A DNA stretch of 62,980 nt, the filler included, from Sphacelaria rigidula (taxonomy: Eukaryota), in NCBI GenBank assembly GCA_964200075.2. It is 7 parts of 7 records of this genome, joined end to end, with 100 filler letters (N's around TTAATTAATTAA, not from the genome) between each part and the next. Parts side by side here need not be neighbours in the genome. Positions count along the whole stretch, not along the records: positions 36,049 to 44,959 come from CAXNAA020009773.1; positions 45,060 to 53,970 come from CAXNAA020009774.1; 5 more parts are not named here. The stretch is one strand, 5' to 3'. Made by a program: the position numbers and the translations under genes. The notes beneath the pieces were generated by a model that made no database searches, had not been told where the DNA came from, and saw only the letters and a program-made list of their open reading frames with translations. Position 1 is the stretch's first letter, and the number at the start of each line of letters is the position of its first letter. Below, one piece after another: positions 36,429 to 48,751 of this stretch.

Positions 36429-39400
36429 GCGAGGCGACTGCAAAACCAGAGCGCCGCCTTGGCAGAACCGACGGCATCCCCGCCGCAGCAGTCTCGCAGC
36501 GGTGACCTCTTGGTTCGACTTGTGGAGGCCCTCCAAGTGCTCACCACCGCCGCACCACGTCCGCCCCGTCATAGTAGGGCTCTCACCTCTGCATCGCCCA
36601 GTACGGCGTTGGCGCCGGCGGCTGCGGCGGCAGAATCTACGGCCGTACCGGGGACGTCGGGATCGACGGCAGCACCAGCTGATGGTCCTTCGGATGGTCC
36701 TAGAAGCGGCGCTGGAGATGGGAGCGGTGTGGACAAAGATGGCGATAGTAGCGGTCGGCAGCGAAAGCACGCGGAAGGGAGTGACGTGCCAGTAGCGGTC
36801 GCCCCGGTGGAGCCCATGGCAGAGCTCGCTTTGGAGCCACCGGCGCTGCCGCCACTAGCGCCGAGTGCTGATAACGTGGGTAACTTGGCTGTTACGGCGG
36901 GTGTGGTTGGAGCACCAGAAGCCGCGGCCGCGGCCGCGGAAGTTGTTGCGGCGGTGCAGATGGCCGAGGACGAGGAGCGAGGGAGTGGAGTCTTGTCGTC
37001 TGCGGGGGCGGCGTTGCCGGCGCCGACGGAGCGCGCTGGCGCTGAAAGTGTTGAAGGAGGGAGGGCAGCGGGGATTGAGAGACATCTTGATCTTGTGCTG
37101 GAGGCTTTGGTGCGGATCCGAGGAATATTTGTGCCTCACTCCAGGTAGGGGGTGTGACTTTGTTGTTGTATATTCGATTCGAGCTCTGCGTTTGCGGCGG
37201 TTCGCGGCAACTACTGACTGGGTTACAGTCCGTTTGTTAACTGCGTTGTTTTAGTATAGTGTCTGGTAGCCCGCTGACGTTTCTGCTGGCTACACGACTA
37301 TTGCGCGCGCTTTCTGTATGCTTTGCCTCTTTCTTGGCATGTTTTGCTGCCCCATCTTGATACGCATCATCGCCCTCTCGACATATAAATGTACATGCAT
37401 ATATTAGTTTAATATCTTTTACAACATCGAAATGAAACAGCTCGAGAAATCTGTCAACCGCGACGGACGTCTTGCAACGCTTGACGGGACTCTCGACCGC
37501 CGGAGGCACCAACGCCGCGACGACGTCGGTGCCAGGAGGGCCCGCAGTGCCGCCGCCACCAACAAGTGGATGCGCGCCAGATGTATGCAAACGCGCATAC
37601 CTCCGCGCGGCCGTGAGGGTACTCGAGAGGAACACCCCGGGCTTGGAGCGCCAGTCCGTGCAAGGGCCTGGGCCCGATACAGCTGCAAGAGCCTCCGGGG
37701 GACCCGTTGGCGATAGGGCGGGGCTGTTGCGCAACGCCCTGCCGCCGACTCCGTTGGCCGAGATGTCTGTGCGACTGTTGCTGAAGGAGCTGAACGACAT
37801 AGTGGACCCGCCGCGGAGGCTGCCTCGGTTTAAAGTTCACCTGCGCAGGGCACCTACGCAAGAGGTTGGTCATTATTCGTTCGCGCGCGAGTGTATGTGT
37901 GTGTATGTATCTGTGTATCTGTATCCACGCTTGTCGCATTCTGTGCTGTTGTTTGCATTTTGTTTTTCGTTCTCGCTTGTAATTATTTTCCTGGGCGTCA
38001 CACAGGGATGCTTACTGTTTGGTTGCTTGGTTGTCGCACATTAACTGAACTGTATGTGGACTTTCTTCCTGCAACAAGGCACCACCATCACGCAAACTTC
38101 ACCTGCCGATCAATGTCGTCTTTTTGAGGGTGGCTCGGGCGAAGTGTACATCATTCTCCATTCCGCCTCACCCTACCCAAACGCATCTACTCCGGAGTAT
38201 CATTTATATCTCCTCATGTATGATGCGTGGATTTCGCCTTTGCTTGTTTTTCGTCACCGGTCTTGCAGGAATTCTTCCGCGGCTCTCTATCCAAGAACCC
38301 CTTGTACTCGACGGATATTCTGCCGACCTCTAGGAAGAGCAGCGGCAGCGGCGGTGCTGCTGGCGGCGGTGGGTCTTCTGGCGGCGGCACAGCCGGGATT
38401 GCGGGGGTGGGCGGGCGGGCTTCGACAAGCATTGGGAGTGTGGCGGAGGCCACCATGCGGAACCTGAGGGACAAAATTGCCACAGACCTTGATATGGCGG
38501 ATGCGGTACGTGGCGCTGGTGACTGTGGGTCGTTGAAGGGGGGCTTTTCGCCATTCCCTCGTTGCAAGTGTCGCTTTTTTTGGCTCGTAGCAGACGCGTG
38601 GGTGCTGGCCGTGTGTGGAGCTAGTAGAGGGATCGGTTCGACTTACGGGTACGGTAAACGCAAATTTTCACGAAAAAAGGGTTTGGCTCAGTATGTTTGG
38701 ACTTGTGACGAATAATTTCAAGGGTGTGTTGGGTGGGGCATTTCCCATACATGTAGTTATTTGAAAATTCATACTCGGAGCACCCAAGATATGGGTAGAG
38801 TGTTAAGATCGTACTCAACAGTGCCCAGATATTGGTAAAGTGATGCGATCGTACCCAGTTCCACCCAATATTTTAGGTGAGGGTTTCGAGATCGAACCAT
38901 TGCAACACAAAGTTCGGGAGAGTAATTACACGGGTGTTTTACCCTACCCAAGACACCTTTGGATGATTCCACACCTTTGACCATGTGGTGAAGGAATGCG
39001 ATAGAAAAAAATATACCTTGGGTGAATGAAGTATTGGCCTATTGAAACTGTTGTCGACCGACAGTAGTTGCAATAGGCCAGTACTTTACCCAGTACATTT
39101 TTCAGTAGAGTTTACCGGCGTTGGGCTACAAATGTTCATGGGGTGATCTTACTTGATTTGAGTGTGTGAAACGAGGATCGGAATTTTAGTTGGGCTGACA
39201 GTCCCGTGTGCTCCTCGCCTGCACAGAAGGCATTTTCGTTGAAATTAGCCCAACAGGCGCCGATTTCGGGTCTACCAAGGTCGCACTTTGCCTATGGAAC
39301 GGATGTACCGCCCGTGCCCGAGGGTTCTCGGTATGCGTTGGGTTGGGGTTGGTTGGGGTTAGGGGTAGCGATACTCGTAAAATTGTGTCAACCATGGACA

Positions 39401-42400
39401 TTCGTAGCCCAACGCCGGTAAACTAGCCTCACATTTTTTTGTCTATTACATACTATTGTCCATATATTGTTCCATTATCCAGGGTGTCAGATGATTCCAA
39501 CCATGCTGTGGCGGGACCTCGCATTTTAGCGGGTTGCTTCGTCGCGCGACCACCTGACTCCACAAACATACGGTGCGTTTCGCCCCTCCCATCCCGTGTT
39601 TCAATGTTCTACTGCGCTTGTCCTCTGTAGGTGGACCTCCTGGAGCTGATTGTTTGCGGTAATATCGTCGGGCTCGACATTCCCGTGAGGGTCGTGCAGC
39701 ACGAGATCTGGCGTCCGCACATTCTGGAAACTACGGCGGATGACTACAGCTCCGACTGCGACGCCGAAGCCCTGCCGGCGATGATGGTTACCTATCGCCT
39801 CGCCGGTGTGGACGGAGAGGCGACGGAGGAGGTGGTGGATTCTTTGGTGGACAGCGACAGCGCGGCAGACCAGGACCCGGAAGTGAAGTTCGGGATCGCA
39901 AGGAACATTGCGGAGGTAAGGCGTGATTTTGGAGATTCTTCTGGGTGACGAGATGAATCGTGCGAAGATGTGAGGTGAAAGAAGTTGTCAACGGGATGTT
40001 CGCTTGCCTGAACATCTACCTCCAACCCTATATTGGTTAAATAATTGAAAGATGGATTGTTTGTCGCACTTTAAGTGACCCCCCCCAGGGATCCAGCCAA
40101 CATAATTCCGCATCGGGTACGGTATGGGAGGCTTACAGAAAACCGGTACCGGCAATCGGGTAACCTTTCTAGGGTATACCCGCCCCTCGGCTTGGGGTAA
40201 ATTTTTCGTACAAAACTCACAGAACTGTCGGGTAAGGGTATGTGAGGCTTACAGAACTCACAGAAACTGTCGGATAGGCTATGGAGGTTACACAGAAAAC
40301 CGTACCCGCAATCAGGTTTCTTAAAAACAGCGTACCCGTGCCCCCCGGTAACGGTACGGGAGTCTTACAGATCTTACAGAACTATCGGGTAAGGGTATAA
40401 AAGTCTTGCAGAGATCACAGAAGTGTCGGGTACCGGTATGAAAGTCGTGCATGAGTCACAGAATTGTCCGATACGATAAATACGCGGAAAAATACCCTGG
40501 GTATACAGAAAAGCGTACCCTACAGAAGACAACCTTGGGATGTTTGTTTATGATTATGTTTCCTTTTTATCTTCTTTTTTTGTTGCGCATGTTTTCGGTC
40601 AGCAGGAGGGCGGTTTGCCGCTCTTGCTCTGCCTGGCGCGTGCTCCTCCTCGGACCGACGTCCCGCGGTTGACACCTTCCGCATCGACGGCCACGATGTC
40701 TGATCATGACGATCCGAACGGTGCCAGTTCTTCATCTACGTTGCAGCTCCGAGGCAGCGCTGAAGGCAGGGGTGGTGGCTGGGAGGTGTTTGCATCCGCT
40801 GTGTGGTTGTTGAGACGATGCTGCATGCTGGCCGCGAACCGTGCTGATCTCTTGGCTCTAAAGGTGATGGGTCGCTTTATAAGAAGGAGAAGTGAGAGGG
40901 GGGAGGGGGGCGTACCCATCTGTTACTTGCCTTAGTCGCTTGACCATTGACCACGCACCCCTTTCGAGACGGAGCACTGGTCCTACTCCTAATAGAGACA
41001 CCTCCAACACTTAGGTGCTCATGAAGTCTCTTTCGTACATTACACGAAAACCTTTTGCATATCTGGGGGGGGGGAGAAAGTGATGAGTGGTTGTCGCCAG
41101 TACATCACAGAACTATCGGGTTTCGCCTGAAGGCGCCAGTCGAGGGCGAAGACCGGTTGTGCTGGGGTCGATGTTCAAGTGGATCATGATCTGTTTGTTA
41201 TCTTACGTCACAGCCGGCAACGGCAAACTAGCGATGTCGGTACCGAAACAAATGATGCACGAGCCAGGTGTTGCCTGATGCCGTACATATGTGTACTCCA
41301 TATTATTAAGTTCACTTATCAATATCGGTTGCTTTCATACATGATGACAATGTTCGTGGTGTTGGATTCAATAGATTTGTAGTATTTGAACACAAGACTT
41401 GTACCGGAGAAAAACCTGCTGTTGCTATGAAGACTGCTGCATCAAAGCAAGCGCCCTTGATGTCATCAGCGGCATCACTATCCGATGTGACGATGCGACA
41501 CCTTAATATATCCCATCTCCCATCTGTCGGAAACTACTTTTTTTTTTGCTTGTGTGGTGTGGGGCAAATCAGGCTCCTGGTGTGCTGTTGCACCAACTGC
41601 TAGAGGTTCTGCACAGAGGAGCGTCGGCGGGGAGCACGGGGGCCGCAGCTGGGGGCGGGAATGGAACGGCGGGTGCCGAGCAGTGCCCTCCGGGAATAGT
41701 GGAAGACTTGCTGGCTATGATGGAGCAGCTCGGCCAGGTAATAACGCGTGGAAAAATTCGAAGGAGGAGCAGTTTGGTGTTAACTCAAAGGGGCCGACGT
41801 CAGTCAAATGACAGGGTGATGAGTCAGGGTCGTGGATGAATGTGAAGAAAAAAAAAGGCGCGAAGCGATGCATGGTTTAGCTATCATCGCGGAGCCGACG
41901 GGTTTTGCGGAAGACGGACGAATGGGATGCGCTATTGCTAAAAAAAATCGCGACTAAGGCCACTCCTTATGACGGACCAAAGTAAGAACGTCCGGAAAAA
42001 GTGCTATTTTGGAGCTTTTATGTCGTGAGAAGGCTAGGCGGATTTTGACACCTTGGAGTGCCTTACTGTACTCGTTGAGACGGTTCCAGCACACCTGTAC
42101 GTTTTTCCAGTGGCCGCACTTTCTGTTTTGGCCAACGTTGCATTTTTCTCGGATACCGGTCAAGTCCATACAAACCTCGGATTTTTTTCTTGACTTGACA
42201 GATCTCCGAGAAAAAGTCAAGTTTGGACGAGAAAGAAAACTGCGGCCACCGCAAAAACGCACAGGTGTGCTGGAACCGTCTCAACAAGTGCGGCAAGGCT
42301 ATCCAAGGAGTCAAAATCCGCCGAGCTCTCTTTTAGGCCGTAGAACGGCGCACAAGCTCCGAAAATGTACTTATCCATTTTTTGTTTGCCATAAAAGAGC

Positions 42401-44898
42401 GGGGCCTGACGGACGAAATTTGCTGACTTGATATACATATACACATGATGTTTTTTTATAGTGTCTCAGGCTCGTTCAGTCTCGTTTGCCAGAATTTTTT
42501 TCTCTCAGCTTGCCTCCCCTATCCCCTCTTCCCTCCCCACCTGCCACGACGACCGGCTCTCCCCGTATCTTCGCGGGCATTGGGTATGGGTCGGAAATTT
42601 ATGTCGTGTCAGGACATCGCGAGTACGGCGGAAGTGGATTTGCCGAGCCATCGGGCATCCCTCGACGCGATAGGAGAGGGAACGGCGGTGGCAGCAGAAG
42701 CAGCAGCAGCAGCAGCGGGCGTTAGTGACGGTATGGATGTGGAAGGTGAGCTTTTATTCTCACTAGGGCAGCATCAACCTCAATCCTTCACCCCCCTCGC
42801 TGTATCCCTAGGGCTCAAAAGGGGGATGAGGTCCCCACAAGCGCCCCATGTAATACCCACCGTGTTTAGGGTGGTGTCTTGCTCTGAATGTTGAAGGAGG
42901 TGTACTCATGATCTTACATACCATAGTTATGAGATCGTTGACCTCGCATCCCTATAAAGCCGGGACGGAGCACGCTGGGTTTTCACCAGACCAGGCTTGT
43001 TATCAATCACCAAGCGCGAAGCGCCGTGGTGTATTCGGCGAGTCGCATGGAGGGTGAGCTGCATCCTGCTAATATTGCTCGGCTAGAAACGTACTGATTA
43101 TCTTGCATTTTGGATGACAAGCTACAATGAGTTGCTTCATTTTCTGGTGTCGCCACCTCTAGTGACGGTCACGGCTTATACACTGCCTCGCGGGTGTCCC
43201 ACCATGAATGTTGAAGGGGGTTGATGAATTCCCCAGGACTCACTCACTTCAGGATTTATTTTCCTTTCTTTTTTGGTTGAGATTTCGTCCATAACGTCGG
43301 TTATTTGACTACTCACAATTTCGTTTAAAACAGGGACAGAGAGATGCTGCGACTAGGATTCGAACCATGGTGGTTCTCAAACTTCCTGCGTAGGTCGCAG
43401 GTTACGGGCGACAGGAGCACAGAAGCTCTAAGGTCAAAATTCCAGGAAAAACGATTGCGGGCTCGTGTCGGCTGTAATTTGCAACCTACGCAGAAATTTT
43501 GATAACCGAGACTGTGGTTCAAATTGTACTCGCGAAATCGCTCCCTGTTTTCAACGAAGTGCAACTCATTGAAGAACCGATTTTATGGACGAAATCCCCC
43601 CCCCCCAAAAAAAAAAAAATGAAAATTAATTTCTAAAGCGAGCCCAAATTTTTCGATAGGTGCGTGTGGCAGTCTCTCCCTTCACGTGGGGGTAGGATCC
43701 ACTTGAAAGATAAAATGGGGTAGAATCATGGATGGAAGTGGAATGCATTTGTGACTACCAGCATCCATCATTTTTTGGGGGGGGCATGGATCGTTTGACC
43801 AGGAAGTAATGGTTGCAGTTTTTTTTTCCTACTCTAATATTTTGGTCTACAGACTCTACTGCACCTTGGCCGCAAGATATGCGAAATGTGTGCCCACAAC
43901 ATATTTAATGATGATATGCATATCTTGGTATGTTTCTCTCTCGAAGAACAAATGAGAGCTTGACCTCCCTCCTTAATCTCTCACGATAATGCCGCTAAAA
44001 AACCTGGATTCTACCCGACACAGGCACTTCTACTTCTACTCCTACTATCGCTATCGAGAAGAAGGGAGGTGGAGGTGACGACATGGAGGATGACGATAAG
44101 TGTGTCGAACAGGGGGCTGAGCAAGGGGGCGGACGTGGCACGATGGACGAGGAAGGGGAAAGCAGCATCAAACATTTATCGTTCCTGTTCGAGGCGCTGG
44201 AGGAGCCGGCTCTGATTGATGTTTTGGGCCGCACGCCGGCCCTGGCCCAAGCGGTGTCACGGCTATTGCCGTTCTTGACGTACGGAAGGACAGCCGCCGC
44301 GAGGTTGCTGGCGGCTAAGTTCGCGCAGGTGGGTTGTTTTACGTATAATATCGTGCTTGTCGAAGAAGAGAATCTGCCAACTACGGGGACCTGCTCCGCG
44401 TTCACGTTTATATTGACAACATGTTATACGATCAGCTTCACACTGTCTTGCTTGCTTGATGCAGTCAGTCGGTCGTGTGTCATGGTGTGTTTGTGTGTTT
44501 GTGTGTGTTTCGTCTAGTGTCCGTATCCTGGATGAGCGAGAGAAGTGAAGCACGCGAGATACACACCTTGTTTTCGCTTGGTGTAGGTGTGTGTGTATTG
44601 TATTTTTTCTTCGAACAAAATACCCTTCGTTCTTATGTGTGTGTGTTTCTTCTGTTTTTGCAATGTGCTTTGCTCGTTTTTTTTTTTTTTTTTACATCCA
44701 TGCAAACTGACAAAAAACTAAAGGTGGTGCTTTGGAAAGACGTTGTAGCCGATGCTTTGGAAGCCGAGGCCAGCGGTTCCCAATCTGCGCCACCGATGTC
44801 CCCGGCCCAGCTTCGGCGGAGGTGCTTCATGGACGCGGCCGAAGGGATGGGGTCGGGGCGCTCTGGCAAGGTCATCAGGGATTGCCTGTTGGAAACAG
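36429..44898 (+). CDS. UBR4: E3 ubiquitin ligase UBR4 / BIG, nine internal exons of the C-terminal region
   Basis: Exons 36429-37144, 37441-37864, 38269-38505, 39631-39915, ~40603-40863, 41573-41737, 42613-42745, 44024-44328 and 44724-44898, all GT-AG and phase-compatible. Conserved TQE/EFFRGSLSKNP, LRDKIATDL, LLELIVCGNIV, VTYRLAGVDGEATEE, RLLPFLTYG. Confidence 0.92.
38717..38963. mobile_element. Intronic MITE with imperfect ~45-bp TIRs
   Basis: TTCAAGGGTGTGTTGGGTGGGG ... CCCTACCCAAGACACCTTTGGA. Confidence 0.6.
40113..40525 (+). repeat. Intronic degenerate tandem repeat (~40-45-bp unit, TCGGGTA.GGTAT..GAGGCTTACAGAACTCACAGAA)
   Basis: The motif recurs several times across the interval. Confidence 0.7.
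40911..41064 (-). mobile_element. 5'-truncated LINE 3' end in a UBR4 intron
   Basis: Reverse complement matches LINE 26095-26250. G-runs on both sides and a degenerate flank duplication ggaga(a)agtga. Confidence 0.8.
42007..42365. mobile_element. Foldback/MITE with long internal inverted repeats
   Basis: GGCGGATTTTGACACCTTGG..TTGAGACGGTTCCAGCACACCTGT pairs with ACAGGTGTGCTGGAACCGTCTCAA..CCAAGGAGTCAAAATCCGCC. Confidence 0.8.
42901..43204 (-). mobile_element. SINE-like family A, full-length copy with 16-bp TSD
   Basis: TSD TGAATGTTGAAGG(A/G)GG at 42885-42900 and 43205-43220. Confidence 0.9.
43248..43638. mobile_element. Intronic MITE with imperfect TIRs
   Basis: ..TTTTTT..GATTTCGTCCATAA pairs with TTATGGACGAAATC..AAAAAA. 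Confidence 0.6.
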
Positions 44899-46941
44899 GT
44901 GACTACTTCATGTGTGTGTTGTCGTCCCATTTATTCTGGGCGCCACTCTACCCCTTTCGNNNNNNNNNNNNNNNNNNNNNNNNNNNNNNNNNNNNNNNNN
45001 NNNTTAATTAATTAANNNNNNNNNNNNNNNNNNNNNNNNNNNNNNNNNNNNNNNNNNNNCCCCCCATCGCCCTCCCCCACCCCCGCCCACCCACGTTGTC
45101 CCCCTACACGGTTAGCGGCACATAGCGGCAACATACATCTTAGACCGCGACGCGGATAGTCAATCTGGATCACGCATACGTTTTTCAAGTGACATAATGC
45201 CGATCCAGCAGATGACCTTTTCTTGCGTGGTCAAAGGGTTAGAAATAGATTTACATATTTTTGTTGAAAAAATCGGGGCCAAAAAGGGGGTTCGTAGGGG
45301 GTGGGGGTCGATCATTTCCAATCCTCATGTACCCCGGATTGGAAACCCATTGTGATTTCACGCGTAAGTTCGGGTCCTACCGTCGACGCCAATAAGGATC
45401 CTACTCCTGGGTGTGGGAGAAGTAGTGTCGGGATCCACAGATTTGGCCGTTGGACGTGCTTAGACAATTCGTTCTTGTGTGAAGAGACTCCAGGGTCGAG
45501 AGGAGAAGTGATCTCGAGGGGTGCCCGGAGAGGCACCACCTCGAGTTGGAGTATGACCATTGCTCCGAGGACAGGATAGACATTGACCCGAGAGGACAGA
45601 CTAGTGTTCCTGAAGGAACATTCCCGGAACTATGCCGGCGACATGGACATTCCTGAAACGGAGCGGAGAAAGATCCATAGATATTCTCGGAATTATGCCG
45701 AGGGAGATATGGTCCCGTCACGGTTGTGAACAAGTGTAGAGACTTGTGGACTACCCTGTTACTAACATAAACGAATAAATAAATAAATAAATAACACAAC
45801 GGAGAGCATTTTCTGATGATTTTTTTGCTTGCTGCTTGTAGCGACACTTTAAAGTGACTCCTGTGCACCAGATATGGCTCGAACCCCCTCCCCCCCCCGC
45901 CCAGATTAATCTTGGCAGGATCACCCTTTCCAATGATGGTATAACGCGCACCCGATTAGTCTTCATGCGGCGTGAGCTAGACTTTACCAGCCATTAATCC
46001 TTAGACCGCGAGGATAGGTCACCTGCTGAATTGGCACAATTTTTACTCGAATAAAGTATGCGTGATCCAGATGGACTACCCGCATCATGGTCTAAGGTTC
46101 AACGACAAACCAAAAACATTTCTGCAGGGTTGGGAAGTAATGTTCACGACACGCGCATCGCGCATGCACGGTAAAAGATAGGTTGTCGTTCTCGTCGCGA
46201 TTTCAATTAGTCATTGTCGTAGGTCACCCCATCTACGAGCGTGCGACCGGCCTCCGACGGCCCCGCCGAATTTTGTAGGGTGGAAATAGTGGTGCGCGCG
46301 AACATGGTCAATAGACTGAGCCAGAATGCACTACAGACGAAACATCAAGTGTTTGAACAAGCATTGGTCGGTAAAATAGGGCCGTCTATGGAACATTTAC
46401 ACACACATGCATGACAATCGTCAAGTCTCGATCGCTATAATTATTTTTTGCCAAACAAAACCACAGTAATCGTTCTACACACATGATGAATAATCGTAGT
46501 TGGTCGCGGGTGCGCATTTCGGTGTTGCTCATCACAAAACAGCAATCCATCCATACATTCACCCATTCATCCACCCAACCAACCAACCAACCGATTCCGA
46601 CCCAATCCATCGGAAAAAAACAAAACAATAAAATACGTGCATACATCGTAGGTCGTTACAACAAGCCACATCACAGTACTCCACAGCAACGCATCCCCCC
46701 CCACCCACCGTCCCTCAACCCCGCGCGAAACCATCCAAAAATGTCTTACCGTGCAAAAGTGACCAACCCCCCTACCGATGACGCATCGCCCCAAAGGGCT
46801 GTGACTGTAACCCTTGTCAAACCCCGTCCGCGCATACTACACTATTTCCCTACATCGCCCGACCCCGCCGCTCTTACAGCGGTAAATCCCTGCCCGTCCC
46901 AGCATGATCTCCACCGAGCGTCTGCGCCCCCCGCCCTCCCC

Positions 46942-47050
46942 CGAGCCTGGTTCGGCGAAAACCCGGCGTGCTCCGTTCCGGCGTTGTAGGGATGCGAGGT
47001 CAACGGTCTTATCACTATGGCATGCAAGATCATGATTACACCCCCCCCTC
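46942..47050 (+). mobile_element. SINE-like family A, 5'-truncated copy between C-runs
   Basis: Matches the 3' ~100 bp of family A. C-rich flanks on both sides. Confidence 0.8.
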
Positions 47051-48751
47051 CTCCCCCACCCCCACCGCCAACCCCTCGATGGAATAACACGACACCAGAG
47101 GAAGGAGGAAGGAGAACAGTCGGCCCAGAAAGTCTTGATTTTTGAGGTGCTAGTTTAGTAACCACACAATGCACCCACGAGAGGGTCGGGTTCTATTTCA
47201 TTTGTGTAGCAACAAAACTGTCGACTCTATCTCTTCCTCTCCCTCTCTCTTTGATTATTTCACCACACACGACACACAAAATTGGACCACACAAGAAACC
47301 TTCACTCGAGACAGAAAAACAAAGCAGAACACATCTTGTCACATCATCACAAGCCACAAGAGGGAAAAAAAAAAAACAGCATCAGAAATAGTTGGCTCCG
47401 CCTAAACCTATTTCCCCGAGTCACGACGGACACTCGACCGTTACTCCGACCGTTACTCCGCATGATCACCTTATCATCATGATACTCTGACTCATTATCA
47501 TAAGAACATCGCCACCAAAAAAAATATTAAAAAAAATAATTTGACAGTTGTCACTAGTTTTTCAAGGTCATGCAGTCACTTTCGGCTATCATCCCGCATC
47601 TTGCTCCGCCTTCGGAAAAACACCAGTAATCATAGAAAAAGCCATCGGCTGATGAACAATATTACAGTACCCCGCTCCCGACGCGTATCTTGAAACAGAA
47701 AAGTAACTATCGGCGTCGATGGGCACGCATAGTTACCGCGGGAGGGGGGACGGGAAAGGGTGTACAGCTACTCCATATAGAGTGCGTTTTAGACAAATAA
47801 AGCACAAAAATCACGACTAGGGGGCGCGGCTGCACTATTGAGTCAACCAGCAGCGAATACTCGCTGGTGGAAAAAATCTCACATATAGTTTCTTGATTGA
47901 TTGTATCTCTTTTCTTGCTCTACAGACAACCAACAGCGGCGAAAGCACACTTTAGCTACACAGCGACATAAACTTCGGCCCCCGCACAGCCTCCTCGAGA
48001 TTCCATTGCCAAGGCAACAAAAACGTTGTAAGTCGAAACGAAATCTTCATGCCCCTCATGTACGTGTGTTTCGTGTCTAGGTCCACTCGACTTGTGACAT
48101 ATAAAAAACATCATGCACGTCGCTCACCTACGCTTCCCCCAGCGCACGGAAACACAAAACGGCAGCGTTCGATCTTTTACAGAGATTCACTACCCCTTTC
48201 TCGTTTGGATCCCTGGGGTGACAAACATGAGCTAGTCGATGTCACCCACAACACACGAGCGTGTACCTACACTAAATTTTACATCCCAAGGGAGAACAAA
48301 ACATCAGATCAACGAGAGGACTTGACTCCCGTCACGACTGACTCCCGGAGAGAAGCTCAAGTATTTTCGCGTTAATGAACTCTCTCGCTCCGGCCCGATG
48401 TTTCCTTTTCTCTTGCGTTTTCTCACACCCCACCGCGTGACCGTCCATGCAAACGACCGCTGGCTAGGTGAACGTTCTCCACTCCAAACAGAGATAGATC
48501 GCGGTTGAAGACAGTTCTGACGCACGTTCCGGAGGAACACCAATGGAGAACTGCCGGACGCTGCCAGGGAACGTTTACCCTCCCTATCATCCGCCGCTTC
48601 GCCCCGCGGACCACACACATACACAGCCGTAACACATTTTGACCGCGTTTTGCCGTATTTTGACTGAAGACCGCCGCCATGCGATATTTTATCCCCCTGC
48701 TTGCCCGTTCCACACAACACATACACACGTACACACACCAACATGAATACG

